A DNA stretch of 64,000 nt from Eledone cirrhosa (taxonomy: Eukaryota): assembly GCA_964016885.1 (NCBI GenBank), contig OZ024740.1:238142001-238206000 (forward strand). Reading direction: 5' to 3'. The notes beneath the pieces were generated by a model. That model did no database searches. It was not told the origin of the DNA and worked only from the letters and a program-made list of their open reading frames with translations. Both the position numbers and the translations under genes were made by a program. Within the stretch, counting starts at the first letter, position 1. Every line of letters starts with the position of its first letter. Positions 12,805 through 24,070 of this stretch are shown one piece after another.

Positions 12805-12842
<38 letters not shown>

Positions 12843-13225
12843 GATTTTCGGAACAGTGGTGTTAGAGCATAATTTGAGTAATAGCATTGTTGGTTGAAGG
12901 TTTGCAATAGACCAATCACTGTTTCATTATAATTCTCATGGCAAGAGTGGCAAGACAGTCTTAACCAGTCATGGGCAAACTGTGGTCCACAAGCCACATG
13001 CAGCCAATTTGGCTTTCTGAATGACATGCCTAATTTCATAATTTCCCTTGAAATTTTTAATAATGTAGCCCACCTTATGATGAGCCACATTCTATGTCTA
13101 AACCAATGTAAGAAACCATGTTTATTAAGAACTATTTTCTGTTTTCTCACTGATGGTTATATCTATATACTAATCTCTATCAGTAAAAGATACATTCATA
13201 TAGATAGCTGATTATTATAAATAAT

Positions 13226-13405
13226 TGTTTCTACTTTTGGCAGTAGGCCAGCAATTACTCAGTACATTACTGGTACTTTATTTTATCGACCTCGTAAGGA
13301 TGAAAGGCAAAGTTAACCTCGGCGGGATTTGAACTCAGATCGTAAAGGGACATAACTATGCTGGAAAGCATGTCCGGCCCTCTACCAATACTGCCAATTC
13401 ACCGC
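13226..13405 (-). mobile_element. SINE family A
   Basis: Minus strand tggcagtattggtagag (A box) and gagttcaaatccc (B box); TSD ataaataat 13217-13225 / 13406-13414. Confidence 0.9.
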
Positions 13406-14299
13406 ATAAATAATGGTGGAAAAAATCAGTTAAAATTTCCCTGGAGATGGAAAATAGGAACAGCAACACTCGTGAGGCATCAAACCATGAATCTTTCATA
13501 TGCCTGGCAAGTGTATAGGCCATTACATTAAGGAGTCCCTGGCCATGGATTTGCCATCTTTTAGAAGATTTTAAGCCTGTAGCTAGAAGTGTAAACATCC
13601 GGCTGGCTTAAGTAGCATTGAGAAAATTAATAATTTGAAATGTGGTCGTCCCAATGCCAGTGAGTAGATAATATTTGATTACTGTAAATATGGAAATGAT
13701 ACTAGTCTATGGCAGGTAACTTTTCCTAGTGAAGGATTTGAACTCAACACTACAAGATACAGAATTCATCTTCAATTCCACATTAATGCCACTATTTTCA
13801 GCAGTTAGTTATACTTTTGGTCCCATGAGAAAAAGTACATGGTTTACATTAGGAAGGGCATCCAAACATAGATACCAAGCCAAAATACAGATCCATATGA
13901 ATCCATTATCCAACATATATTTTTTAAAGATGGTAGGATGTGATCAAGCTACCACCAAGAAATTGTTAAATAATTATGGTCTTGCATGATCTAAGATGTT
14001 TTTCCTATTTGTATGTCTTGAATCTTTTAAATACATATTGAGACTAATAAAAATTTCATAGGTGTGAATATGTGCATCCATGCTTTCTCAAAAGTTAATA
14101 TTAGGGAAATATAACACTAATGTCAGGAGTCTATGCAGTCATTAAGCCTGCTAGAAATAGCAGTCAAATTACACTTTACTGCCTTTAAAAAGCAAGGAAA
14201 CATTGGACAATGTAGTCCTAGATATAATGCCATCACACACCAAAACCACTAACAACCTCTACCACAATCAAATATTTACACCACAGTCCTCTACAATCT

Positions 14300-14575
14300 A
14301 AAGTCTGTCTCAAGCCCAGAGGTTCATCAGACCAGTGATTATCCTGGTTTTCATAACGTGAAGTGACTGAGAGTACAAGACTCCACCTGGACAGGACACC
14401 AGTCCATTGCAGGATTAAACCCCCAGTTATTGCTGGTATTCATTTCTATGTGAATATACTGGAACAGCATGAAATGAAGTGTTTTTTGCTCAAGAACACA
14501 ACACACAACCCAATCTAGGTATCAAATCCACAACATTATAATCATAAGTCTAACACCCTTACCATGTACTTCCAC
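14300..14575 (-). mobile_element. SINE family B
   Basis: Aligns with 2557-2810. Confidence 0.78.
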
Positions 14576-15794
14576 TTACCTCTACAGTAGCTACCATCCA
14601 TTAGCCATTACATGTCCATACCACCATCATCTACCTCTACTCTTATATCCAACAAGGGAACTTATATGTGGTCATTAAAACTACTAAAAATAGAAGTCGA
14701 ATTGTACGTTATCATCTTAGATTACAGTAGATAATATAGTCATAGATATACCGTGCCTGGGAAAAAATAAAAGTCACAATTGGAATACATTTTTGTGTAG
14801 ATCTACTAATTCAGCCAAGACAGTCGGTTTGGCAAAATCATTAGAGCATTTGATATTTGTTCCAGGTCTTTGCATTCTGAGTTCAAATCCCATCAAGGTC
14901 CACTTTTGCCTCTCATCCTTTCTGGGTCAATGAAGTAAGTATCAACTCAGTGCTTGTGCAGCCCTCTCCCTTTCTAACTGTCACACCCAAGATGTGCATA
15001 GACACCAAAAAACCCTTAGCAAAAACATGGTACATACTATATACTACCATGCTTGATTACGAGTGATGGTTGTATTAGTAATCGTAGTTCAAGGTAGAGC
15101 TGAGGCTAAACAACACCAACAACTTCTACATTAGTTACTATTGACTACTCTCACATATAAATATCACCAATAACTTCTACTACCACACACTACCATTTCA
15201 TACCTCTAATCTGGTTACCATCACCTGCCTTTACTATATCAACGAACCATTACCAACATAATTGCATACCAATCACCATCACCTACCAATATTCAAGCTA
15301 CCATTGCACTGCTATCTACATCATATACTTCTCTTTCCTTGACTGTTTCTATGATAAACAGCAAAATATATCTTCTATTTGTTATTAAAATATATCTACT
15401 GACAATTCTTCAGCTGTTCAGCTGCCAAAGATGACCATTAATATTTTCTTAGACTGCAACACAAATGATTCTTCACCTCACATTTGTTCCACACCTACAT
15501 ATGTCACTTTACTCTTAACATTGCCATTCTTGTGAGATGTTTTCCATCATCTCTAATAACTGTCATTAGCGTTAAAATTTACTTACTTTATGATAATCAG
15601 TAAAATTTGGCACTAAATACTGCCATTACCAAATTTAGAGACTTTCTTTAATCTTCTCTCAACATTGCCTTCAATCTCAAATATATATATTTAATACAAT
15701 CCTACTTTGAAACAGCTAATGTATCTTTGTTTAATCCATTGTGGCTGCATCTATACTGAGCACTATGTCATCATCATCATGACAATCTCTCTTG

Positions 15795-16072
15795 TGTTGG
15801 TGATCTACATGATAAACACACCCAGAAAACTATGTAAAGTGGTTGGTTATTGGAAGGGCATCCAGCCATAAAAAACCTGCCAAACAAAGTGTCAAGAGAA
15901 CGCTTCAGCTGTGTCAAAGACATGAAAGCATTCTTAGTACTGGTGCCACAATAAAATGCACTCAGTAGAATGCAGGATCATATGTCAGACCCTCTGCTTG
16001 AGTACTGACTGGTCTGTGCCACATCATCCAATCCTTGCTAACAAGGAAAATGGATGCTGAACAATGATGATG
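15795..16072 (+). mobile_element. Degenerate RTE-tailed repeat (SINE body or RTE 3' UTR)
   Basis: gtaaagtggttgg...ggaagggcatccagc motif shared with RTE 3' UTRs in this window; ends tgatgatg. Confidence 0.55.
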
Positions 16073-16778
16073 TACCTTGATTTATGTCCCATGTGCCATT
16101 CTGTTCAAGTTATTTTTTTATATTTATATATTATTAATCTGAAATTTAAAATGTTTCTATCATTGATCTCTTTATCTCTTTGGTAAACAATTGCATGAAA
16201 AATATTCTTGTTATATCTACTATATATTTATTCCTACTACTATTATATGTAGATGTGCATGTACACACACATGCATGCACGTATGTATATGTATACATAC
16301 ACACATATAATTGAATATAAAAGAGGGTTAAACACAGATATATACATATATGAGTTCAAATCGTAAGGGACCAGATTTCCTTGAGCTATTTAATTGTAAA
16401 AGACTATTTTCAGTTTCTAATATACCTTTGATAAATTCAGCTCCTTGAATTTGTAGAGCTACTTTAAATGTCGAGTGAACTTGGCTGCTATTTTTAGTAG
16501 CATACGTTTTACGAGACATGCTAGGCTCTGGATGCCATGTGCTTTATTTTATATACGCACACCATTCAGTCTTCTGAGATACTTAGAAGTGAAGGGCTTA
16601 CTAATTCCACATCCACTGAAGAGCAATAGAATTGGTAAATCCCTTTCACTAAATTGCGAAATAGCATTACCAAAAACTGTCTGGGTGTTTGATAGTTGTC
16701 ACAATTTTGGTTTGTATTTTTTTCTTAATTTATTCTTTTAAATTGAGTCTGGCAAACCGCATTGTTCATAGTTAGTAT

Positions 16779-17162
16779 TTTAGTGTTCTGTCAGACCCAG
16801 GGTTATTTACTCGAGTAAATGTCACCGGAATCTAACTACTAAATTTGATACAGAAAAGGATAAGATATTTTACATAACACCATATCGAATACAAGTCTTC
16901 ATTTTTATTGTAGTTCCATGTTATAATTGTTGTACACAAATATTCTCGTACATAATTAGGTATAGTTCAGATCCATGATAGGTGGTTAGATAAAAATTAA
17001 CATGTTTATCTTCAGTGTTGTCGGTTCGAAGGAAGGCGCCAAAAGAGAGATATCTTGACTGCGTTGCCGCTATTTATATCCTCTTTCCGGAAGTTGCAAA
17101 GAGGGTTCTAGACTTTCGACGGGAAGTAAGTCTAGCTACTTCCCTGTCTATAGAGCGCTACA
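16779..17162 (-). repeat. Gypsy 3' LTR
   Basis: Direct repeat of 21213-21596 (offset 4434); preceded on the minus strand by purine tract gagaagagag. Confidence 0.93.
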
Positions 17163-17534
17163 AGACTCTCTTCTCAGACGAGAAGTTGAATGACCAAATG
17201 AAATCATTGTAGCGAGAACATGAGGAGCAAAACAAAAGGTACAATAATATGAATGAATAAAACATGAGCAAGCAAATAGCAAAATGAGCATAAAACAAGT
17301 AATTTTTTTTTTCAAAGAATCTTTGAATGTAACGAATGATAAATCATAGTCATACAAAGGAGCAGAGAATATTGATGCTCAATGGTAAAATCAATGTTTT
17401 TCAAAGTCAAATAGTTCATACATCACTAGTGTACAAACTTTTCTGACACTAGTTCTATCTGAAAACTGAAAAAAGAAGAGGTATGTTAATGCCACTGGGG
17501 TTTAAATGTATATTGTTTTTGAGAGTTTTCGTGG

Positions 17535-20030
17535 TCATTTTACCGTCCTGCCACCTCGTGTGACATAAGGTTGTGTGGTATGTGGTGTTTGCGGTGGAGG
17601 TGAAAGTGTTGGTGTAGGAGTGTATGTACGAGGTGTATCAGGCAGTGTGATGAGACTTTCGGAGAAAGCCTTTTTTGCTCTGTCAATGGATATTGTCTCT
17701 TTTCGGCCATTGACAGCCACTGTGAAATGTTTGGGTGTGTGCGAAAGCACACGAAAAGGTCCATTATAAGGTGACGTAAGAGGTCCCTTGGCGGAATCAA
17801 TCGGTATGAAAATGTGTGTCCACGTAGAGATGTCTGATGGGACAGCAGAAGAAATAGATTGGTCACGAGGGTTCATCGGTGGAAGATCCGAGAAATACGA
17901 ACGAATCCTGGTGACATATGATGCTGGGTAAAGATGTGATGAATCCACTGGTGCTAACATTTGTCCAGGAAGAGACAATGTTGTACCATAAAGAAGTTCA
18001 GCAGAAGAAAAACCTAAATCTGTCTTAATGGCAGCACGACAACTAAGAAGCATGATAGGCAAAATTTCAGTCCAACGTTGTGGATCAGGAGTAGCGCGAA
18101 GTGCAGCTTTCAACTGTCTATGAAACCTCTCGATCATTCCATTGGAGGCTGGGTGATAGCTGGTCGTATGGATGTGATGAGCACCCAAGAGTCGTGATAT
18201 TTCACGAAATAAGGAAGCCTCAACTTGGCGTCCACGATCCGTAGTTATTTTAGTAGGAACACCGAAACAAGCAATCCAATTGGAAATGAAAGCTCGGGCA
18301 ACGGACTCTGCTGTTATGTCCATGAGGGGTATGGCTTCAGGCCACCGAGAGAAACGATCGATACAAGTCAATATGTATGTGAATCCACGACTAACGGGCC
18401 ATGGACCAACAATATCCATGTGTATATGACGGAAACGTGCGTCTGGCGGGCTGAATTTACCAAGAGGAGCGCGGACATGCCGATGAATCTTAGAGCGCTG
18501 ACACTTCAAGCAAGAATGTGCCCAACCTGTGATTAAACGACGCATATTAGGCCAGAAGAATCGAGCCGTAAAAGGCTTCACCGTGGCAGCTATGCCAGGA
18601 TGTGACAAGGAATGAAGTGCATCAAAAACGGTACGCTGATGACAATCTGGAACAAGTGGTCTGGGTGAGCCAGTAGAAACATCGCAGAGAATTTTCCCTT
18701 CAGAAGATGGAAGAGGTAAATATTCCAATTTGCAGCAGGAGAACTGGTCAGAGGAAATGTCCAGCGAATCCAAAGTAGGTTGGTCAGTTGCAATGGCAAC
18801 TAAATCGATATGTGCAGGAGACGCAAGAGAACACACAGAAAGTCGAGATAGTGCGTCCGCAGGTATGTTGGAAGTTCCAGCTATATGACGAATGTCACTG
18901 GTGTACTGTGAGATGAGATCCAGATGCCTATACGTTCTCGGTGAGTACTTGTCGGACTTGGATTGTAAAGCGAACGTTAACGGTTTGTGGTCCGTGAATA
19001 TTGTAAACTCCCGCCCCTCCAAAAGGTGGTGGAAATGCTTCACGGCAAGATAAATCGCCAAAAGCTCTCTATCAAAGGTGCTGTATCTCTGTTCTGCTGG
19101 TTTTAATTGGCGAGAGAAAAATACCAATGGTTGAACTTGGTGATCGATTACATGATGCAAAACTGCGCCAACAACACGATCAGATGCATCAACAGATAAG
19201 GAAAGTCTCGCATTTGCAACCGGATGGGCAAGGATGGAAACTTTAGTTAGCTCAGACATGACGGATTTAAAAGACTGCAATGCATCGGCAGAAAGTGAAA
19301 TTTTTTCATCTTTCTTTTTTGCAGCCCTTAAAAACTGTGTCAAGGGGAATAACTTTTCCGCACAGTTAGGAATAAAGCGACGATAAAAGTTAATTAATCC
19401 TAAGAAATGGTGTAATTGTTTCAAGGATGTTGGTGGTGCTAATTGCTGAATCGCCTCTACTTTAGCTGGCAAAGGATGAATGCCTTCTGAATCTATAAGG
19501 TGTCCGAGGAATTCCAGTGAATCTGCACCAAACACACATTTAGCTGGATTGATTCTGACTTGGTACGATTGAAGACGTTGAAATAACTGAGATAAATGTT
19601 GATGATGGTGTTCATCCGAATCACTGGCTATCAGGAGATCATCAACGTAAGCAAACACGAAATCCAATCCACGCGTAACTTCATCGATAAAACGCTGGAA
19701 CGTACTAGAAGCATTCCGCAAACCAAAAGGCATGGATAGGAATTCAAACGAACCAAAAGGGGTGGTCACAGCTGTTTTTGGTATGTCTTCCTGATGCATG
19801 GGTATTTGATGGTAAGCGCGTACCAGTTCTATTTTAGAAAATATCTTGCATCCATGCAGAGCGGATGAAAAATCCTGTAAATTTGGTAGAGGATAACGAT
19901 CAGGTGTTGTGATAGCGTTAAGTCGTCTATAATCACCCACAGTTCTAAAATCCGCTTCACCCTTACGAACCAAATGAAGCGGGGATGCCCATGGGCTGGT
20001 GGACGGTCGTATAAGACCAAGCTGAAGCAT
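17535..20030 (-). CDS. Gypsy Pol: reverse transcriptase, RNase H, integrase
   Basis: [49 protein letters not shown]...[22 protein letters not shown]. Confidence 0.95.
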   Translation of the reverse strand: MLQLGLIRPSTSPWASPLHLVRKGEADFRTVGDYRRLNAITTPDRYPLPNLQDFSSALHGCKIFSKIELVRAYHQIPMHQEDIPKTAVTTPFGSFEFLSMPFGLRNASSTFQRFIDEVTRGLDFVFAYVDDLLIASDSDEHHHQHLSQLFQRLQSYQVRINPAKCVFGADSLEFLGHLIDSEGIHPLPAKVEAIQQLAPPTSLKQLHHFLGLINFYRRFIPNCAEKLFPLTQFLRAAKKKDEKISLSADALQSFKSVMSELTKVSILAHPVANARLSLSVDASDRVVGAVLHHVIDHQVQPLVFFSRQLKPAEQRYSTFDRELLAIYLAVKHFHHLLEGREFTIFTDHKPLTFALQSKSDKYSPRTYRHLDLISQYTSDIRHIAGTSNIPADALSRLSVCSLASPAHIDLVAIATDQPTLDSLDISSDQFSCCKLEYLPLPSSEGKILCDVSTGSPRPLVPDCHQRTVFDALHSLSHPGIAATVKPFTARFFWPNMRRLITGWAHSCLKCQRSKIHRHVRAPLGKFSPPDARFRHIHMDIVGPWPVSRGFTYILTCIDRFSRWPEAIPLMDITAESVARAFISNWIACFGVPTKITTDRGRQVEASLFREISRLLGAHHIHTTSYHPASNGMIERFHRQLKAALRATPDPQRWTEILPIMLLSCRAAIKTDLGFSSAELLYGTTLSLPGQMLAPVDSSHLYPASYVTRIRSYFSDLPPMNPRDQSISSAVPSDISTWTHIFIPIDSAKGPLTSPYNGPFRVLSHTPKHFTVAVNGRKETISIDRAKKAFSESLITLPDTPRTYTPTPTLSPPPQTPHTTQPYVTRGGRTVK

Positions 20031-20167
20031 GTGATCGAACTCATCCCTGGCTTTTTTTAGCCTGTCTGGAACCAGCCTACGCGGCCGAGAAAAAACAGGC
20101 GGAGCAGTTTATGTAATAAAATGTCGAGTCGAGTGGATTACTTAGTTCGGTTTAAATGAAATGTCAG

Positions 20168-20677
20168 TTAACTCGGGAAACGAGGCAAGAAGAGAATAAA
20201 ACTGGTTTCCAACGCAGCTATGAAACACGCGGGACTAATGGTGGCAACAGTAGAACCACGAGTAGGCATAGATAAAGATGTGGTGCCATCCACAAGTTTC
20301 TGTTTCCTGACATCTACTAACAGTGAGTAGTGGTGTAAAATATCCGCACCGAGAATAGGGTGAGGTAGGTCCGCTACAACGAAAATCCATTTGAAATCCC
20401 GACGTAAAGCTAGGTCCAATGATAGAGATATTTGTCCATAAGTTTTTATAGGAGACTGGTTTACTGCATACAAGGAAATACCGGAAAAATTTGGCTTCGT
20501 ACAGCTGAAACGAAGGGGCCAAATACTGCAGCTAGTGTCGACCATAAACGATTTGTTTGAAATTCGATCTTTTATGAAAAAGGCACGATAAGGAGAATTA
20601 ATGGGGGAGAGATCTGCCGTGCCCAGACTCTCCAGGTTTAGTTTTCCGAAGTTCCGAAAGAGCAGGGTTGAATACAA
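20168..20677 (-). pseudogene. Gypsy aspartic protease, disrupted
   Basis: FMVDTS and PILGAD motifs; frameshift and stops before RT. Confidence 0.85.
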
Positions 20678-20958
20678 TGATTCGCCTTTTCACGAAAACG
20701 CACGTGATACCAACATAAAGACGAGTTGTTGGCGGGGGTTTTTGCACGACGATGAAAAGAAGGAGAACGACTTCGTGGACGCCATCTGGAATGTGTTCGA
20801 TCCCGACACAGTTTAGTCACTTGACGAGTTAGCGCGTCAATGGCTCTCAATATAGGGTCCTCACGAGGTGGAACAGGCTGTGCTTTAAAAGTAGAAGAAT
20901 TGCTCATCATGAATGTAGTAGCCGCCGGGTGAAATGTTTTCTTTTTTAACTGCCGCAC
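20638..20958 (-). pseudogene. Gag C-terminal fragment
   Basis: RSRSPS basic region and CWYH...C...PC knuckle overlapping the protease frame; N-terminal Gag absent. Confidence 0.8.
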
Positions 20959-21194
20959 ATGTGGTTTAACTTCCGCGAATCAGCCAATGACAACACATTT
21001 GAAAGAAAATTAGTTGTATTTTCAAAAATATATGCACACGTGGTGGTAACATGAATAGTTGAAGTGATGTAACACGGAGGAAGCAAAATGGCGAATACAA
21101 AACGAAGGCTTTGTTGAAAACGAAGATACGAGGTGCAAAAAAAAATTTTTTTATGCGTATCCGGAAATTATCATTTTTTTTTTGTTGGTGTTTC

Positions 21195-21211
21195 TTTACG
21201 TCGGGTCACCA
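21195..21211 (-). promoter_or_regulatory. Primer-binding site, tRNA-Trp-like
   Basis: TGGTGACCCGACGT on the minus strand 1 nt after the 5' LTR; resembles the complement of the tRNA-Trp 3' end (TGGTGACCCCGACGT). Confidence 0.78.
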
Positions 21212-21212
21212 T

Positions 21213-21596
21213 TTTAGTATTCTGCCAGACCCAGGGTTATTTATTCGAGTAAATGTCACCGGAATATAACTACTAAATTTTATACAGAAAAGGATAAGAT
21301 ATTTTACATAACACCATATCGAATACAAGTCTTCATTTTTATTGTAGCTCCATGTTATAATTGTTGTACACAAATATTCTCGTACATAATTAGGTATAGT
21401 CCAGATCCATGATAGGTGGTTAGAGAAAAATTAACATGTTTATCTTCAGTGTTGTCGGTTCGAAGGAAGGCGCCAAAAGAGAGATAGCTTGACTGCGTTG
21501 CCGCTATTTATATCCTCTTTCCGGAAGTTGCAAAGAGGGTTCTAGACTTTCGACGGGAAGTAAGTCTAGCTACTTCCCTGTCTAGAGAGCACTGCA
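21213..21596 (-). repeat. Gypsy 5' LTR
   Basis: Direct repeat of 16779-17162; adjacent to the PBS. Confidence 0.93.
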
Positions 21597-21977
21597 GTAT
21601 CCTATTCCTCCTAGTGAATCTGGTCCCTTACGATTTGAACACATATATGTATGTATCTGTGTATATCTCTCTTTTATATTCAATTATATTACATGGCCCG
21701 GAAATTTTTTTTTCCTTGAGCTATTTAATTGTAAAAGACTATTTTGAGTTTCTAACTCAATATATACCTTTGATACATACACACATATATATATATTTAC
21801 ATACATACACGCACACAGACATATACATATACATACGTGTTTTATATATATACATTTATATATAAAAAGAAGGAAGAAAAGAAAAATTGAGGCTTGTTTG
21901 CATAATTGCAAACGAACCGAATGTTATTATTAATATTCGAAAAACTCAGATTACATTTATATATATATATATAAATG

Positions 21978-22042
<65 letters not shown>

Positions 22043-22043
<1 letters not shown>

Positions 22044-22817
22044 AAGGGGTGTAACTTGTAGTTACTGCAGGTTCACCCGAGAGAGCACTCGATGTTTAGG
22101 TTCACTTCTGTGATGAGGTGTAGAGCTATACAGTATACAGAGTGTAATATATTGAAAGGATAACAAGGACGATTGGTTACTCCTTCATTACATTTATTGG
22201 TAGGTGACGCTCGTTTCGCCACTAATCAGCTCAAGGTTCGATCTGTATCGATCCTACCCGACTCGATGATTGGCAGCTCGACGGACCCTTTAAAATGCTA
22301 TAAGAAGATGAAATACATGCTATGTGGTAAAGACAGAAGTTCAAGAGTTTGGCAATATGAGTTATTTTGATTGGTGGGAAGGATCAAAGGGATGTACTGG
22401 CCTGTAGTGTATGTGGGGGTGAATGTGATGATAAGATGTTAGTGACGGTCGCTGGCTGCGATGGGCTGTGGTGTGGTGGTGGCGGATTTGCTTTGGCCTG
22501 TAGTGTATGTGGGGTGGATGTGATGATAAGATGTTGGTGACGGTCGCTGGCTGCGATGGGCTGTGGTGTGATGGTGGCGGATTGGCTTTGGCCTGTAGTG
22601 TATGTGGGGGTGGATGTGATGATAAGATGGTGGTGACGGTCGCTGACTGGGATGGGGTGTTGTGTGGGGGTAGTAGGTTTGTCGGTAGACGGGTTGGAGT
22701 GTGTGTGGTGTTGTTGTTTATGGTAGTGGCGTTTGTGGTTGTGTGGAAGATGTGTTGGTGGAGTCGAGTCCATGGGGAGATACATACCTAGACACCCTTA
22801 GTCTGACAAATACGTTG
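22043..22817 (-). mobile_element. Penelope-like 3' UTR/pLTR, possibly the distal end of the 24070-27208 element
   Basis: Minus strand long stem gcca...tggc-GAAAcgagcGTC-acc followed by aataaa; same strand bias as 24070-24870; TA flanks. Confidence 0.55.
22398..22660. repeat. About 96-bp tandem repeat, about 2.7 copies
   Basis: tggcctgtagtgtatgtgggg at 22398, 22494, 22589. Confidence 0.92.
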
Positions 22818-22894
22818 TATATATATATATATAGACATATATATATGAAAGACGTAAAATAAGAAATTTTTAAAATTAACTTACTAAAATTTTC

Positions 22895-22976
22895 ACTCCA
22901 ACTAATTAGTTTCTGTAAGGGAATAAATATGGTTACGCAACGCAACCATAGAGAAATCCTTACGTCATCAGGGAGT
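22895..22976 (-). ncRNA. Type I hammerhead ribozyme with extended stem II (copy 1)
   Basis: actcc-CTGATGA-c-gtaagg[...tatggttgcg ttg cgtaaccata...]ccttac-a-GAAA-ctaatta-GTT-ggagt. Confidence 0.85.
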
Positions 22977-23421
22977 CTATTCTCAGCTAAGTTCCCAGGA
23001 ATGCGTGGACACAAGGAACTCATATAAAAATAATTCAGTGGATGGAAAAAGCGAGCGGGAACTAAATTCCAGGGCACTGAAAAAATTCACTGCCTACTTG
23101 GTCAGTGGCAAATTCTAAAGAATCAATCACGTGACACTGAGGTTAATCAGTGAGGAGTGGAGTGGTAATAAGACAAGAGCCTAACTACTACCATGAACCA
23201 TAGCAGTAATTTCGGCAAGTTTTGCTCAACAAATAATTTGGAGGTAAATATAAAGAATTAGTATATCTACCAACATATGTATACAGATGTATACCTATGC
23301 TAGCAAATATATATGTTATGTCTTAGTAACTTTGTGGTTCTATGCAAGGGGATGCAGAACAATTATATGAAAGACGTAAAACAAGAAAATTTTTAAAATT
23401 AACTTACTTACTAAAATGTTC

Positions 23422-23503
23422 ACTCCAACTAATTAGTTTCTGTAAGGGAATAAATATGGTTACGCAACGCAACCATAGAGAAATCCTTACGTCATCAGGG
23501 AGT
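23422..23503 (-). ncRNA. Type I hammerhead ribozyme with extended stem II (copy 2)
   Basis: Identical to 22895-22976. Confidence 0.85.
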
Positions 23504-23589
23504 CTATTCTCAGCTAAGTTCCCAGGCAATGCGTGGATACAAGGAACTCATATAAAAATAATTCAGTGGATGGAAAAAGCGAGCGGGGG

Positions 23590-23969
23590 AATATATATAT
23601 ATATATATATATATATGCATGCGCATATATACTGATATATATACATACGTACACACTTATATACACATATACACGCGCCCACATAGATCCACACATACAT
23701 ATATCTACATGCATAAATACACACATGTATGTGCATGCACGCGTGTGGATATATATAGAGAGAGTGGGAGAGTATCGGTGGGGGTGGCGTAGAACAAAGA
23801 TAGAGGGAAGGTGAGAGCCAATGGAGATGGTGTTGTACATATAGACATACACACATACACACATACGGATATGCACACATACACGTACACACACGTATGC
23901 ATAAACATACACATACACAGACATACATACATACGTATATACACACACATATATATACACATATATATA

Positions 23970-24011
<42 letters not shown>

Positions 24012-24070
24012 CATATAGATATATGTATACGAACATATATAAAAAAATACTTACACACAGACACACACAC
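23590..24070. repeat. Compound (TA)/(CA)/(TACA) low-complexity tract
   Basis: Directly visible. Confidence 0.9.

Larger units (their letters stand above)
16779..21596 (-). mobile_element. Ty3/Gypsy LTR retrotransposon, gag largely deleted
   Basis: Two highly similar 384-bp LTRs, 4-bp TSD GTAT (16775-16778 / 21597-21600), PBS, PPT, PR-RT-RH-INT order. Confidence 0.96.
22842..23587 (-). mobile_element. Non-coding retrozyme-like / tandem-pLTR element
   Basis: Direct repeats 22842-23059 and 23364-23587, each with a hammerhead; about 300-bp spacer with no recognisable coding domain; TA flanks. Confidence 0.8.

Noticed and set aside
22384-22791. Mucin-like or Cys/Gly-rich repeat proteins
   Set aside because: A 96-bp tandem repeat with an indel that shifts frame between units.
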